Notes: a model not told the origin generated them from the letters alone. A stretch of DNA of 64,000 nt from Marispirochaeta sp. (GCA_963676835.2 CAXXFF010000002.1:1760001-1824000); one strand, 5' to 3'; counted from the first letter of the stretch, positions 39,147 through 50,182 are shown. Numbers and translations are program-made.

Positions 39147-40103
39147 TCAGATATAGGTTCTGAGTTTCATCTCCACCGGATGGGGATGCAGATACCACTG
39201 TTCTGCCAGGTATTCTTCCCCGTATTTCCGTACATAATGATTCAGCATGGTCACCGGGACAATCAGCGGAATATTGCCGTTGCGGTACTGATCCAGAAGA
39301 TCCAGGAGCTCCTGTTTCTCATCTGATGAAAGTTCGGATTTAAAATATCCCATAATATGCTGCAGCACATTAATATGCTTTTTTACTGTTCCCGGATGGT
39401 CCATTGCCTGAAGCAGTTGAGAAAGATATGTCTCCAGCAGTTCCGGAAAGGGTTCTTTTCTTCCTTCTCCAACCAGTTTTCCCATGCTCCGGTAAAGGGG
39501 GACATCGTGGCTCATTATCAGCAGTTTGTGGCGGGTATGAAAATCAACAAGATCCCCATAGCCGGGATCTGATTTCAGCAGATCCCTCCAGCGGCGGAAT
39601 ACAAACACCTTTTCGATAAAGTTTTCTCTCAGCCCCGGATCATGGAGCCGGCCGTCTTCTTCCACGGGAATAAGGGGAAAACGGCGGGTAAACATATCCG
39701 CCCAGATACCCCGGCCATTATGCCAGATATGGCTGCTGTCGGCGGAATAAATTTTTACCCGGTGCAGACCTGATGAGGGTGATTTACTTTTGAATATGTA
39801 TCCGCAGAGATCCATGGGGGCAAGCTCTATCAGCCTTTTTTCGCCCCAGCTCTGCATCATCGCGGTTTTATCGGTTTTTGTTTTATGGGTTATAAGCCGG
39901 TAGTTTTCGGGAGTTCCCTCCAGTCGCATTGATTCCCGGGGAATGGCCATCCCGCATTCCACTTCGGGGCAGACCGGCACGTATTCAAAATATTGTCCAA
40001 AGGTGTTGAGTAAAAAGGCATCTTTTTTGTGTCCCCCGTTGTAGCGGACACTCTTTCCCATCAGGCAGGTGCTGATGGCGATACGTATTGGTGTTTCATT
40101 CAT
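39147..40103 (-). CDS. DUF523/DUF1722 (YbgA-like) protein
   Basis: STCLMG..VRYNGGH, VCPEVECG..IPRE, KSPS, VEEDGRL, FHTRHKLLIMSH. Confidence 0.85.
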   Translation of the reverse strand: MNETPIRIAISTCLMGKSVRYNGGHKKDAFLLNTFGQYFEYVPVCPEVECGMAIPRESMRLEGTPENYRLITHKTKTDKTAMMQSWGEKRLIELAPMDLCGYIFKSKSPSSGLHRVKIYSADSSHIWHNGRGIWADMFTRRFPLIPVEEDGRLHDPGLRENFIEKVFVFRRWRDLLKSDPGYGDLVDFHTRHKLLIMSHDVPLYRSMGKLVGEGRKEPFPELLETYLSQLLQAMDHPGTVKKHINVLQHIMGYFKSELSSDEKQELLDLLDQYRNGNIPLIVPVTMLNHYVRKYGEEYLAEQWYLHPHPVEMKLRTYI

Positions 40104-40579
40104 GCAGGGATTTCTCCTTCGAAGGAGGAAAATTCCCGCAGCTCCGGGGTGCAGAGATCGGTAAAGCTGGTTTCAAGATAAACCGCCAGCCTGGAGCGGA
40201 TCAGTTCGGAGGTAAAGGGTTCTGCTGCAGGCCCGGGAATCAGCAGCCGGTTGCTGCCGCTCTGTTCGGTGAAAAGAATTCCGGATTCGGTGTGTTGAAT
40301 ATCAAACATCTCAGAATCCAGAATAAGTTTTGCCGCAAGATGCATTTTTACCGAGATATCATGGTAGTAGTGCAGGCCCAGGGCTCCGAAAGAGCCTTTC
40401 AGCCCGTGGATATGACTGGCAAAGGCCTTGTAATCCGCTTCGTGTAATGATTGCTGCAGCGCCCTGAGGTGGGAGTTTATTTCGACCGGCGCCACGCTCA
40501 TCATCTGGTTCTGGTACTCTTTGCTGTAGCCTCTTTCGGCCAGATGGGAGAGAATCTGTTTGTACAGAGAATTGTTCAC
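40100..40579 (-). CDS. Hpt-like (histidine phosphotransfer) domain protein
   Basis: HIHGLKGSFGALG matches the HxLKGS Hpt motif; GGAGG RBS. Confidence 0.65.
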   Translation of the reverse strand: MNNSLYKQILSHLAERGYSKEYQNQMMSVAPVEINSHLRALQQSLHEADYKAFASHIHGLKGSFGALGLHYYHDISVKMHLAAKLILDSEMFDIQHTESGILFTEQSGSNRLLIPGPAAEPFTSELIRSRLAVYLETSFTDLCTPELREFSSFEGEIPA

Positions 40580-40647
40580 ACTACCTCCGGTCTGGTATCA
40601 TGTATAGTAGGAATTGAAGAGTTTTGCAAATGTTACGGGAGATAAAG

Positions 40648-42216
40648 ATGAAAAGAAATCCCGCGGAAAGGGATGCTCCGTGGATTATGGCCATTGATGC
40701 CGGCGGTTCCGGACTGCGGGCTGCAGCTGTCGGAAGGGACGGAAAATGCTTTAAACTGCTTCACCGCCCCCATACCGCCCTGCCGGGAAAAGACGGAGTG
40801 GTCGAGTATGATCCTGAGGCTCTCTGGGAGGGTGTGAAAGCAGTCTGCTGTGAGTTAACCGGCAGCACCGGCCTCGGTTCTTCACCCTCGGCAATCGGAA
40901 TAACCGTACAGCGGGCTACTTTCCTGCTTTTTGATCCTCATTCCGGCAGGGCAGAAACCAATCTCATCTCCTGGTCGGATGTCCGGGCTGCCGGAACCGC
41001 CGAAGCCATGAACCGTAATATTCTCTGGCGGGTTATCCGCTTCGGGGTGGGGATTCTTGCAAAGATTACCGGCAGTGCATTTTTCCGTACCGCTTCCATG
41101 CTGCGCTTTACCACGGTGCATGTTTCCTGCCGGCTTAAACATCTCCTGGACAGCACTCCCGGGCTGCGTAAAGAGTGCCGGGAAGGACGGCTGCGGCTGG
41201 CGACACTGGATACCTGGCTGCTGTACCGCATGACCGGCAGAAAGGTCTGGGCTACGGACAAGTCGAATGCTGCTGCAACATCTCTCTATAATCCTTTTGA
41301 TCTTAAATGGAACACTCTTTTCTGCCGGCTCTTCGGTATTCCCATGGAAATCCTTCCCCCGGTGAAGGATACGGTGGATGATTTCGGGCTCACCGATGCA
41401 GAAAGCTTTTGCGGTCTGAATACTCCGGTGTATGCCCTTGCGGGGGATCAGATGGCGGCCCTCTTCGGTCACCGCTGTTTTGACCCCGGTGAGGTAAAGG
41501 TTTCCAAGGGATCCGGTGGATTTGTCACCATAAATGTGGGCAAAAAACCCCGCTTCTCTCCACGGGGACTGTTCCCGCTCATTGCCTGGTCTATCCGGGG
41601 GGAGGTGACCTATATGCTGGAAGGGCAGGTCGCTTCCGTAGGAACCCTGATAGACTGGCTGTCAGGGACCCTGGGCTTTGCTTCCACCCCGGAAGAGCTC
41701 GACAGGCTGGCTGAGTCTGTCCCGGATTCCGGCGGTGTGGTTTTTCTTCCCACCCCTCTGGGAATCCGCTTTCCCTATTTTCGTTCCCGCATGCGCTGTG
41801 CTGTCTTCGGTCTTGGTCTGGACACCAGCAAGGGGGAAACTGCCCGGGCAATGTACGAGGGGATAGCCTTCAGAATCCGGGAGATTATCCGGGGCATCGA
41901 GAAGGATCTTAAGGTTTCGGTCAAGCAGATGAAGGTCGACGGCGGAGTCAGTCGCTCTGCAATCCTGGTTCGCCTTATCTCGGCAGCCTGCGGTATCCCG
42001 GTTCTCCGTTCGCCTGAGCCGGACCTGAGCAGTACAGGAGCTGCCCTGCTTGCGGGTATCGGGGCAGGCTGGTGGAGCGGAGAGGATGATCTGCGCAGTA
42101 TCTCCGGAGAGTACGAAACATTTTCATCCCCCAGGGAGGAAGAGTATATGGATCAGCAGTACCGGCGCTGGAAAAAAGCGGTCCATCTTGCACACCGCTT
42201 CAGCCGCGGTTTATAG
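40648..42216 (+). CDS. FGGY-family carbohydrate kinase, glycerol kinase-like
   Basis: AIDAGGS, GITVQRAT, SWSDVRA, GDQMAALFG, VDGGVS. Confidence 0.85.
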   Translation: MKRNPAERDAPWIMAIDAGGSGLRAAAVGRDGKCFKLLHRPHTALPGKDGVVEYDPEALWEGVKAVCCELTGSTGLGSSPSAIGITVQRATFLLFDPHSGRAETNLISWSDVRAAGTAEAMNRNILWRVIRFGVGILAKITGSAFFRTASMLRFTTVHVSCRLKHLLDSTPGLRKECREGRLRLATLDTWLLYRMTGRKVWATDKSNAAATSLYNPFDLKWNTLFCRLFGIPMEILPPVKDTVDDFGLTDAESFCGLNTPVYALAGDQMAALFGHRCFDPGEVKVSKGSGGFVTINVGKKPRFSPRGLFPLIAWSIRGEVTYMLEGQVASVGTLIDWLSGTLGFASTPEELDRLAESVPDSGGVVFLPTPLGIRFPYFRSRMRCAVFGLGLDTSKGETARAMYEGIAFRIREIIRGIEKDLKVSVKQMKVDGGVSRSAILVRLISAACGIPVLRSPEPDLSSTGAALLAGIGAGWWSGEDDLRSISGEYETFSSPREEEYMDQQYRRWKKAVHLAHRFSRGL

Positions 42217-42225
42217 TACAGGTAT

Positions 42226-42951
42226 ATGATACGGACGATTCTGGTTCTTTGCTTTGATCTTGCTGTAACTACCCTGGCTCTTCCCCTCGTGCTGATCGGG
42301 GGAGTCTTCAAGCTTTTTCGTCTTTATACTCTTGAGCGCTGGTATATTACCCCGCTTGCAGGTTTTTTCGGCTGGTTTTTCCTGGCAACCGCAGGTGCCG
42401 GGATTTCCGTTGAAGGAAAAGAGCACCTGAAAGGTCTAAAGGGAAAACCCCTCTGCGTAGTGGGTAATCATCAGGGAATCGCGGATATTCCCGTGGTGGT
42501 CCATGCGCTGCCGTTTTCCATCGGCTTTATTGCCAAGAAGTCGCTGACATATTTTCCCTGGGTCGGCATTTTAATGTGGATGATCCGCTGTGTACCCATC
42601 GACCGCTCCAGTCCCAGATCTTCTGTTAAAGCCATAGATAAAGGGGTCAGAAATATCCGCAACGGTTTTCCCATGCTGATCTTCCCCGAAGGCACCCGCA
42701 GCAAGGGCGGGGAAATGAAAAGCTTTAAAAAGGGGAGCCTTAAACTTGCAACCCGGGCGGAGGCTATCATTCTTCCGGTCAGTATCAACGGATCCTACCG
42801 CTTCTTCGAAGAAAAGGGACGGCTTGCCTCCGGAAAGGCATCGGTAACTTTTCATGCCCCTATCCATACAGCAGGTATGTCGAAAGAGGAGTTGGCGGGA
42901 CTCACTTCCCGGGTGGAAGAAGTTGTCCGGTCGGCGGTAGTTGCCGGTTAG
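42226..42951 (+). CDS. plsC: 1-acyl-sn-glycerol-3-phosphate acyltransferase
   Basis: NHQGIAD (HX4D), FIAKK, FPEGTRS. Confidence 0.88.
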   Translation: MIRTILVLCFDLAVTTLALPLVLIGGVFKLFRLYTLERWYITPLAGFFGWFFLATAGAGISVEGKEHLKGLKGKPLCVVGNHQGIADIPVVVHALPFSIGFIAKKSLTYFPWVGILMWMIRCVPIDRSSPRSSVKAIDKGVRNIRNGFPMLIFPEGTRSKGGEMKSFKKGSLKLATRAEAIILPVSINGSYRFFEEKGRLASGKASVTFHAPIHTAGMSKEELAGLTSRVEEVVRSAVVAG

Positions 42952-43014
42952 ATTTCCATTAAAACCGGTTATCCTTACTGGATGCCCCCTGCCGGACTGA
43001 AATAGAGTATCTCT

Positions 43015-44085
43015 ATGGATAAAGCCAGTCTGGATCAGGCCCTGTTCCTCATCAATCCAAGCCGGTTCCCCGGCTATACCCGCAGGCTCAAGAGAATCCT
43101 TAAAACCTTGTCTGCTCCCAATGTACGTGAATGCCGCAGCGCGGAAGAATTTACCGCGGCTGTACAAAATTTCGCTGCAGGTGATCTCCGTTTTCTGCTT
43201 ATCTGGGGCGGTGACGGCACTGCCAATCTTGCCATAAATGCCTATATGAACAGCCCGGTAAAAAAGAGCAGCTATCAGGCTCTCGGTTTTCTCCGGGGCG
43301 GCAGCGGCAACGGCATTCAGGACTCCTATGAAGTTCCTGTGGGAATCTCCGCCCAGGTTGAATCCTACCGTGAGGGGATCCGGCACGGCTATATCCAGCC
43401 GGTGGATCTTATCAATGTCAGCGACGGGAGCAGCTCAACCTATTGTCAGCTTCTGGGTACAGGCATTGATTCCCGGGTTCTTGAATACCGGGAAGGTTCC
43501 GGCGGCGGTCGCCCGGGGATGCTGAATTACTTTCTTGCCATAGGCCGTACGGTTTTCCGGGACTTTCACCGGCTACGCTGCAGAAAAACCCTGGTAATGC
43601 AAAGGGGAAAGTACGCCTTCAAGGGTACTCGAACCAATGCGGAGTTTCCCTTTGAAGAGTTTCGAAGAACCACCAGATCTCCCCTGATCGAGTTCGGAAC
43701 CCGGCCCTATTATGCTAAAATGTTTAAAATTGCCCCGGATGTGGTCTGTAATGACGGGGCCTTCGATGTCTACAATTACAATTTTCAGCGCCGCAGTGCC
43801 ATGGTGTTCAATATCGTATCCATCTGGAACGGCTGGCACAGCCGGATCAACCGGCAGCAGGCCCGCAAAGAACGGCCGGTGATTGAACGGTATGAGGTTT
43901 CCCGGGCGGAGATTGAGATGGATCAGCCTTTTTCCTATCATCTGGACGGAGAACTTCAGCGCTGTACTACACCTGCAGAAGATGGAGTTTACCGTATAAA
44001 AGCTGAGATAGTCCCGTCCTCGGTCAATTTCATTGTTCCCGGTAGTTTTTACCGCAAGTTTCATCCGTTTACAGAGAAGTCCTGA
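43015..44085 (+). CDS. Diacylglycerol/lipid kinase family protein
   Basis: INP, GGDGT, GGSGN, LDGE. Confidence 0.8.
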   Translation: MDKASLDQALFLINPSRFPGYTRRLKRILKTLSAPNVRECRSAEEFTAAVQNFAAGDLRFLLIWGGDGTANLAINAYMNSPVKKSSYQALGFLRGGSGNGIQDSYEVPVGISAQVESYREGIRHGYIQPVDLINVSDGSSSTYCQLLGTGIDSRVLEYREGSGGGRPGMLNYFLAIGRTVFRDFHRLRCRKTLVMQRGKYAFKGTRTNAEFPFEEFRRTTRSPLIEFGTRPYYAKMFKIAPDVVCNDGAFDVYNYNFQRRSAMVFNIVSIWNGWHSRINRQQARKERPVIERYEVSRAEIEMDQPFSYHLDGELQRCTTPAEDGVYRIKAEIVPSSVNFIVPGSFYRKFHPFTEKS

Positions 44086-45067
44086 GGAAAGCCCTGTATC
44101 TCTTTATGAGTTTATCCAGGAGCAGATCCTTTTTCTGATCCACCACTTTTGCTGCCGGATGAGCTTCAAACCAGGCGATTGATCTGCGGATACCCTGTGA
44201 GAAGGAAATCTGCGGTTTGACTCCCGGTGCGAAACGGCGGATTTTACTGTTGTCAAAGAGTACACTCCACCGTTTATCCCCCTGCAGTCCCGGGTAGAAC
44301 TCCGGAGCCTGCCGCCTGATATATTCCATGGGCAGATGCACAATTTCAACTTCTCTCCCCAGGGCTTCCGCCAACTGAAGGTGAATCATATCCCAGGTGA
44401 GGCTTTCATCGGAGGTAATGTGAAAAGCTTCCCCCAATGCCTGTGTATTTCCCGGAAGAGAGCTGAAATATGCTGCAAAGTCATCTGCGTGGGTGAGTGT
44501 CCAGAGACTCTGTCCGTCACCGTGAACAGCCACCGGTTTCCCTTCAAGGATCCGCTTCGCTGCCGTGTAATCCCGGGAACCGAAGGAGGAGGGTATCCAT
44601 CTTTCGCTGTAGGTATGGGAAGGCCGGACGATGGTAAGCGGGAATCCGGTTTTCTCCCATGCTGCCATGAGCAGGTTTTCACATTCTATTTTTCCGGCGG
44701 AGTAGTCCCACCATGGGTTGTGAAGAGGGGTGGATTCAGTAATATGCGGGCTTAAGAGGGGTTTGTGATAAGCCGAAGCGGTACTGATAAATATATACTG
44801 GGCTGTCCGGTCCCTGAAGATACGAATATCACGCTTCACCTCCTCAGGATGGTAGGCGATAAAATTAATCACCGTATCGAAGGTTCTTCCCTCCACAGCC
44901 TTCTCAAGTTCTCCCGGTTTTTCTGTATCACATATAACTGTTTCCACCGCAAAAGGAGATGGGGTAATGCCCCGGGTTATATGGATTACTTCATTTCCCT
45001 GGTTCAGAAGCTCAGCAGTGCAGGCTGAAGAGATATTTCCCGTTCCGCCGATCATTAGAATCTTCAT
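44069..45067 (-). CDS. NAD-dependent epimerase/dehydratase (extended SDR)
   Basis: GGTGNIS, ISTASAY, YSAGK. Confidence 0.85.
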   Translation of the reverse strand: MKILMIGGTGNISSACTAELLNQGNEVIHITRGITPSPFAVETVICDTEKPGELEKAVEGRTFDTVINFIAYHPEEVKRDIRIFRDRTAQYIFISTASAYHKPLLSPHITESTPLHNPWWDYSAGKIECENLLMAAWEKTGFPLTIVRPSHTYSERWIPSSFGSRDYTAAKRILEGKPVAVHGDGQSLWTLTHADDFAAYFSSLPGNTQALGEAFHITSDESLTWDMIHLQLAEALGREVEIVHLPMEYIRRQAPEFYPGLQGDKRWSVLFDNSKIRRFAPGVKPQISFSQGIRRSIAWFEAHPAAKVVDQKKDLLLDKLIKRYRAFLRTSL

Positions 45068-45114
45068 TCTCCGTGCCTCCTCTCTTTTCCTGCCATTTTC
45101 TTCATGCTCCTTTT

Positions 45115-45146
45115 GTCCTGCCTCTTTCGTCCTGCCTCTTTCGTCC
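45115..45146. repeat. 14-bp tandem repeat in a purine-rich (minus strand) leader
   Basis: GTCCTGCCTCTTTC x2 plus GTCC. Confidence 0.85.
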
Positions 45147-45318
45147 CATTCTCTATTTCTATTAGCTTATCTGGATCTCTTTAACACAGGGGGGAGCACG
45201 GCCGTAAGGGATTTTGACGGCATCAGCGCCTATATAATATCATAGTAGAGCTTTTGACCGTGAGAAAACGGAATGAAAGAGGGATATGGTACTGAAAGAT
45301 TATTCCTGGAATATTTCT

Positions 45319-46530
45319 TCAAGCAAGAAACTTGCGTACCTCTTCAAGTGCGGGAATCAGCTTGTCCAGCTCATCTCTGCGGGTATATATACCAAAGCTT
45401 GCCCTTAAGGAGCCGCTGATGCCGAAACGGCGGTGCAGAGGCTGAGCGCAGTGATGGCCCGACCGTAAGGCAAAGCCTTTCTTGTCCAGCATATAGGCTG
45501 CATCCAGATGATGAACCCCTTCAATATTAAAGGAGACTGCACCGCAGCATTCTCCTTCAGGAGCCGGGAGAAGATTAATCCAGGGCAGGCTGGAAAGGCT
45601 GGTTCTCAAGGTTCGGGTTAATTCCATTTCATGGGCACTGATTTCTTTTCTGTTGAAGCTGTCCAGATAATCCAGTGCTGCAGTTAGTCCTGCTGCCCCT
45701 GCAATATTGGGGGTGCCTGCTTCAAACTTCCAGGGCAGATCATTCCAGGTGGAACTCTGCAGCTCAACGGTATCAATCATATCGCCTCCTCCCTGCCAGG
45801 GAGGAAGCCGGTCCAGATACTCTTTTTTCCCATAGAGAACCCCGATACCGGTGGGGCCGTAGGTTTTATGGCCTGAGAATACCAGGAAATCGGCTTCCAG
45901 TTTCCGGACATCCGGAAACAGCCGGGGAACACTCTGGGCGGCATCAACCAGAACAGGGACTCCCAGTGAATGGGCAGCTTCAATAATCTCTTTCACCGGG
46001 TTGATGGTTCCCAGCACATTTGACAGGTGGCTCACCGCCACAATAGCAGTTGACGAGTCCAGTTTACGGCGGAAATCTTCAAGATCAAGACTTCCGTCAT
46101 CCATCACCGATACTGCCTGAAGCCGGGCTCCGGTACGGGAAGCCGCCAGCTGCCAGGGAACCAGGTTTGCATGATGTTCCATCCCGGTGACAAGGATCTT
46201 ACTGTCACTGGTGAGTAGCGCTTCCCTGAATCCCGCGGCCACAAGGTTGATTCCCTCGGTTGTTCCCCGGGTAAAAATTATCTCCTCTCTATAGGCTGCG
46301 TTGAGGAAGCCTTTTACCCGGTCCCGGGCCCCTTCATAGGCTTCCGTGGCGGCCTCGGCCAGCCGGTGTATTCCCCGGTGAACGTTGGCATTCTCTGCAC
46401 GGTAATAGCTGTCGATTCTGCTGATTACACTTTCCGGTTTCTGGGTAGTTGCCCCGCTGTCCAGGTAGACCAGCTCCGGGTTTGATGAGAGAAGAGGAAA
46501 ATCTGCAGCAATGTTATCTGCCTGATTCAT
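45319..46530 (-). CDS. sufS: Cysteine desulfurase, SufS type
   Basis: YLDSGATTQKP, EHHAN, SGHK, RSGHHCAQP. Confidence 0.93.
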   Translation of the reverse strand: MNQADNIAADFPLLSSNPELVYLDSGATTQKPESVISRIDSYYRAENANVHRGIHRLAEAATEAYEGARDRVKGFLNAAYREEIIFTRGTTEGINLVAAGFREALLTSDSKILVTGMEHHANLVPWQLAASRTGARLQAVSVMDDGSLDLEDFRRKLDSSTAIVAVSHLSNVLGTINPVKEIIEAAHSLGVPVLVDAAQSVPRLFPDVRKLEADFLVFSGHKTYGPTGIGVLYGKKEYLDRLPPWQGGGDMIDTVELQSSTWNDLPWKFEAGTPNIAGAAGLTAALDYLDSFNRKEISAHEMELTRTLRTSLSSLPWINLLPAPEGECCGAVSFNIEGVHHLDAAYMLDKKGFALRSGHHCAQPLHRRFGISGSLRASFGIYTRRDELDKLIPALEEVRKFLA

Positions 46531-46841
46531 GAATGTCCTTCAATATCAATATAGACCATTCCTGCTTCCACCTTTACCGGGTAGCTTCCCACCGCATCTG
46601 TAGCAGGAAAGGAGCGAACCTCTCCGCTTTTAATGCAGAACCGGGATCCATGCTTGGGACAGTAAACCTCTCCATCCCATATTTCCCCTTCGGAAAGGCG
46701 GGAGTACTCATGGGAACAGATGTCGTCCAGGGCGAATATTTCCTCATTCTGTTTAAAAAGAGCATAGGGGTGTCCTTCGATTTCAACCCGAGCGGAGGTT
46801 CTGAAATCGTTCTCGCCGGAAGCCTTGCGCCAGTCTGCCAT
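46527..46841 (-). CDS. Rieske [2Fe-2S] ferredoxin
   Basis: CSH...CPKH Rieske ligands; start MADWRK after GGAGG. Confidence 0.88.
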   Translation of the reverse strand: MADWRKASGENDFRTSARVEIEGHPYALFKQNEEIFALDDICSHEYSRLSEGEIWDGEVYCPKHGSRFCIKSGEVRSFPATDAVGSYPVKVEAGMVYIDIEGHS

Positions 46842-46845
46842 CGGC

Positions 46846-48006
46846 TTAAGTACCTCCTGCAAAGAGGGGGTGAGACTCCAGCCGGGTCCGTGCATTTTCC
46901 GCCACAGCCGGAGAGAGTCTTCCCAGGGCACCTTCAAAGAAACTCCACAGGAGGGTCTGTTCAGCCTCCTGTTTCGAGAATCCCCGGCTCTGAAGATAGA
47001 AGAGTTCCTCCGGATTCAGCTTGCCTGTGGTCGATCCATGGGTGCAGCGGACATCGTTGTTGAGAATCTGCAGGGAAGGTATGGAGTCAGCCCTGGCCCC
47101 GTCTGCGGTAAGCAGGTTTTTATTGGACAAATAAGCATCGGTTTTTGCTGCCCCCGGCTCAACCCGTATAAGCCCCTGAAAGACCGTTTGTCCTCCGGGA
47201 ATGAGCGCGCCTTTGTAGAGGCTGGTACTCTTCCCGCCGGGTAGCACATGGTCCTGCACGGGGCGCAGATTCTTGTGCTGCCCCGGTGCTGCAGCATAAA
47301 GTCCGGTAATACTTATTTCCGCGTTATAACCCATTGTTTTAAACACCGGGGCACTGACGCTTAAGGCGCTGCCAAGGTCTATTTCCGAAAATTCCAGCCG
47401 GGAATTTTCCGCTGCCTCGGCTGTATGGAAGAAGAAGCTCCGGGAGCTTCGGGAAAGATCCTGAATGACTGTTGCCTTTACACTGCTGCCTGCTTCAAGC
47501 TCCATGTGGAGGGACCCGGTGCAGAGGGTATTTTCTGTTTTTCCCTCTACTATCAGCACTATTTCAAAACTGCTCCCTTCTCCGGCGGTAATATGGCCGA
47601 AAACCGCCTGGTGAGTGCCTTCCGGACCGGAATTGAGACGGAGAATCAGAGGAGAATCCAAAACTTTCCCTTCCGGAACAGAGAGGGAGAACCCGCTGTT
47701 TACCCGGGTAAAATGGAATACCTCCACCTTATCTCTCCCGGCGAGGCCGGAATTTATAAGTACCTGCCGGCTGTTCTCTTCAAGCTCCGGAACACCCCTC
47801 CTGCTTGAGAGGGTCAGGCAATTGAGCATATCATCTTCGCCGGTGATTGATGGCAGAACTCCGAAGGGAAGGTATTCTGTAAAGTTGACTGTGGAGATAT
47901 CCGTCCGTCTCCAGTGTTCATCCCCCGGAGCGGGCCATTTCATGGAGTTATAGAACATGTTTAACCGGTCGCTTCCGGTTTTTATGCTGCCTCTTTCGTG
48001 TTTCAT
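46846..48006 (-). CDS. sufD: Fe-S cluster assembly protein SufD
   Basis: [29 protein letters not shown]. Confidence 0.85.
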   Translation of the reverse strand: MKHERGSIKTGSDRLNMFYNSMKWPAPGDEHWRRTDISTVNFTEYLPFGVLPSITGEDDMLNCLTLSSRRGVPELEENSRQVLINSGLAGRDKVEVFHFTRVNSGFSLSVPEGKVLDSPLILRLNSGPEGTHQAVFGHITAGEGSSFEIVLIVEGKTENTLCTGSLHMELEAGSSVKATVIQDLSRSSRSFFFHTAEAAENSRLEFSEIDLGSALSVSAPVFKTMGYNAEISITGLYAAAPGQHKNLRPVQDHVLPGGKSTSLYKGALIPGGQTVFQGLIRVEPGAAKTDAYLSNKNLLTADGARADSIPSLQILNNDVRCTHGSTTGKLNPEELFYLQSRGFSKQEAEQTLLWSFFEGALGRLSPAVAENARTRLESHPLFAGGT

Positions 48007-49403
48007 CCTACGGATCCCTCCATTTCGAGTTCAATCAGCCGGTTCAGCTCCACGGCGTATTCCATGGGCAGCTGTTTCACCAGGGGGTCCAGAAACCCGT
48101 TGACGATCAGTCCCGAGGCATCTTCTTCCGAAAAACCCCTGCTCTGCAGATAGAAGAGCTGGTCTTCACCGATGCGGCTTACCCGGGCTTCGTGCTCAAT
48201 GGAGACATCATCGGACTCAATCTCCATGTAGGGATAGGTGTTTGTTGAGCTTTCCTCATTCAGCAGCAGAGCATCACATACAACCCTGGATTTTACGTTT
48301 TTAAGTCCCGGAGCAACCTTGAGCAGCCCCCGGTAACTGGATATTCCCTTTCCCTTACTGATGGATTTCGAGGTAATGGTCGAGGAGGTGTTGTCCGCCA
48401 TATGGACCATTTTTCCTCCGGTATCCTGCTCCTGACCGTCCCCGGCAAAGGCGATGGAAAGAACCTCTCCATGGGCGCCTTCACCCATAAGGTAGACCGA
48501 CGGGTATTTCATGGTTCGTTTGGAGCCGATATTTCCATCCACCCATTCAACCGTGGCATTTTCCCGGGCAACCGCCCGTTTTGTAACCAGGTTATAGACA
48601 TCGGTGGACCAGTTCTGAATGGTTGAATAGCGTACCCTGGAACCGGGAAGGGCTATAATTTCCACCACCGCGCTGTGCAGGGAGTCTGTGGTGTATACCG
48701 GAGCAGTGCAGCCTTCAATGTAATGCACAAAGCTGCCTTCATCTGCAATAATGAGGGTTCGTTCAAACTGTCCGAAGTTTTCCATATTTATGCGGAAATA
48801 AGCCTGCAGGGGAATATCCACATGCACCCCCTTGGGAACATACACAAAGCTTCCGCCGGACCATACGGCAGAGTTAAGGGCGGCAAACTTGTTGTCTCCG
48901 TAGGGGATAATGGTGCCGAAATAGCGGCGTACCAGCTCGGGGTGCTCCCGGACGGCTGTTTCCGGATCGCAGAAAATTACCCCTTTTGCCTCAAGCTCTT
49001 TTTTCAGGTTGTGATAGACAACCTCGGAATCATACTGGGCCCCCACTCCTGCGAGGAATTTCTGCTCCGCCTCGGGGATGCCGATACGCTTGTAGGTTTC
49101 CCGGATTGATTCGGGCAGATCCTCCCAGCTGCGGCTCTGTTTGTCCGTTGAACGGGCATAGTAGATAATCTCATCAAAGTTGATCTCTTTCAGGTCTGCC
49201 CCCCAGTTGGGCATGGGTTTGCGGTAGAAGGCCTCAAGGGCACGGAGCCGGAAGTTGAGCATCCACTCAGGCTCCTCCTTCTGCCGGGATATTTCCCGTA
49301 CCACCTCTTCGTTAAGGCCCTTCCCGGTAGTGTAGAGGGACGAATCGGGGAAGCGGAAGCCGAAGCGGTAGTCCTCCATGGTCAGTTTCTGTTCATCAGC
49401 CAT
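48003..49403 (-). CDS. sufB: Fe-S cluster assembly protein SufB
   Basis: [31 protein letters not shown]. Confidence 0.95.
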   Translation of the reverse strand: MADEQKLTMEDYRFGFRFPDSSLYTTGKGLNEEVVREISRQKEEPEWMLNFRLRALEAFYRKPMPNWGADLKEINFDEIIYYARSTDKQSRSWEDLPESIRETYKRIGIPEAEQKFLAGVGAQYDSEVVYHNLKKELEAKGVIFCDPETAVREHPELVRRYFGTIIPYGDNKFAALNSAVWSGGSFVYVPKGVHVDIPLQAYFRINMENFGQFERTLIIADEGSFVHYIEGCTAPVYTTDSLHSAVVEIIALPGSRVRYSTIQNWSTDVYNLVTKRAVARENATVEWVDGNIGSKRTMKYPSVYLMGEGAHGEVLSIAFAGDGQEQDTGGKMVHMADNTSSTITSKSISKGKGISSYRGLLKVAPGLKNVKSRVVCDALLLNEESSTNTYPYMEIESDDVSIEHEARVSRIGEDQLFYLQSRGFSEEDASGLIVNGFLDPLVKQLPMEYAVELNRLIELEMEGSVG

Positions 49404-50160
49404 GGGCGGCCTCCGTACCGTACTCCTTGCGGATCCAGTCGTAGCCCCTGGCTTCAAGTTCTGCTGCAAGGCTGCCGTCGCCGGAGAGCACAATCCGGCC
49501 GTCGTACATTACATGTACCTTGTCGGGTTTCAGGTACTGAAGAATCCGCTGATAGTGGGTAATAACCAGAGAGCAGAACTCAGCCCCTGCCTGTTTGTTT
49601 ACACCCCTGGCTACCACTTTCAAAGCATCTATATCCAGGCCGGAATCGGTTTCATCGAGAACGGCAAAAACCGGTTTCAGGGTGAGCATCTGGAGAATCT
49701 CCATGCGCTTTTTTTCGCCCCCCGAAAAACCTTCATTCAGATAGCGGTTGATAAAGTTCTGATCCATTTCGAGGAAATCCATGTTGCTCCGCAGCTCGCG
49801 GATAAAACTTGAAACCCGTTTTTTTTCGGCCGGGTCATTTCTCAGCTCAGCGGCCCGCTTCAGATATTTTCCCACCGTAAGTCCCGGGATTTCCACGGGA
49901 TACTGAAATGCCAGAAACAGCCCTGCAAGGGAGCGCTGATCCGGTTCAAGATCAAGCAGTTCTGCACCGTTGAGGCGTACGGAGCCTTCGGTAACAGTAA
50001 ATTTCGGATGACCCATGAGTACACTTGCCAAAGTGGATTTTCCGGAGCCGTTGGGGCCCATCAGGGCATGGGATTCTCCGGTATTCAGGGTAAGGTTTAT
50101 TCCTTTCAGTATCTGTTTTCCTTCAACTGTTGCGTGAAGGTTTTCAATCTTCAATTCCAT
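49396..50160 (-). CDS. sufC: Fe-S cluster assembly ATPase SufC
   Basis: [33 protein letters not shown]. Confidence 0.95.
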   Translation of the reverse strand: MELKIENLHATVEGKQILKGINLTLNTGESHALMGPNGSGKSTLASVLMGHPKFTVTEGSVRLNGAELLDLEPDQRSLAGLFLAFQYPVEIPGLTVGKYLKRAAELRNDPAEKKRVSSFIRELRSNMDFLEMDQNFINRYLNEGFSGGEKKRMEILQMLTLKPVFAVLDETDSGLDIDALKVVARGVNKQAGAEFCSLVITHYQRILQYLKPDKVHVMYDGRIVLSGDGSLAAELEARGYDWIRKEYGTEAAHG

Positions 50161-50182
50161 ATGTTCTCCTGCTGATATGGGG

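Noticed and set aside
45170..45235. Possible riboswitch (GCCGT/ACGGC hairpin, GGGGAGC) upstream of the SDR gene
   Set aside because: Could not match ZTP, fluoride or c-di-GMP consensus in the correct orientation by eye; needs Infernal
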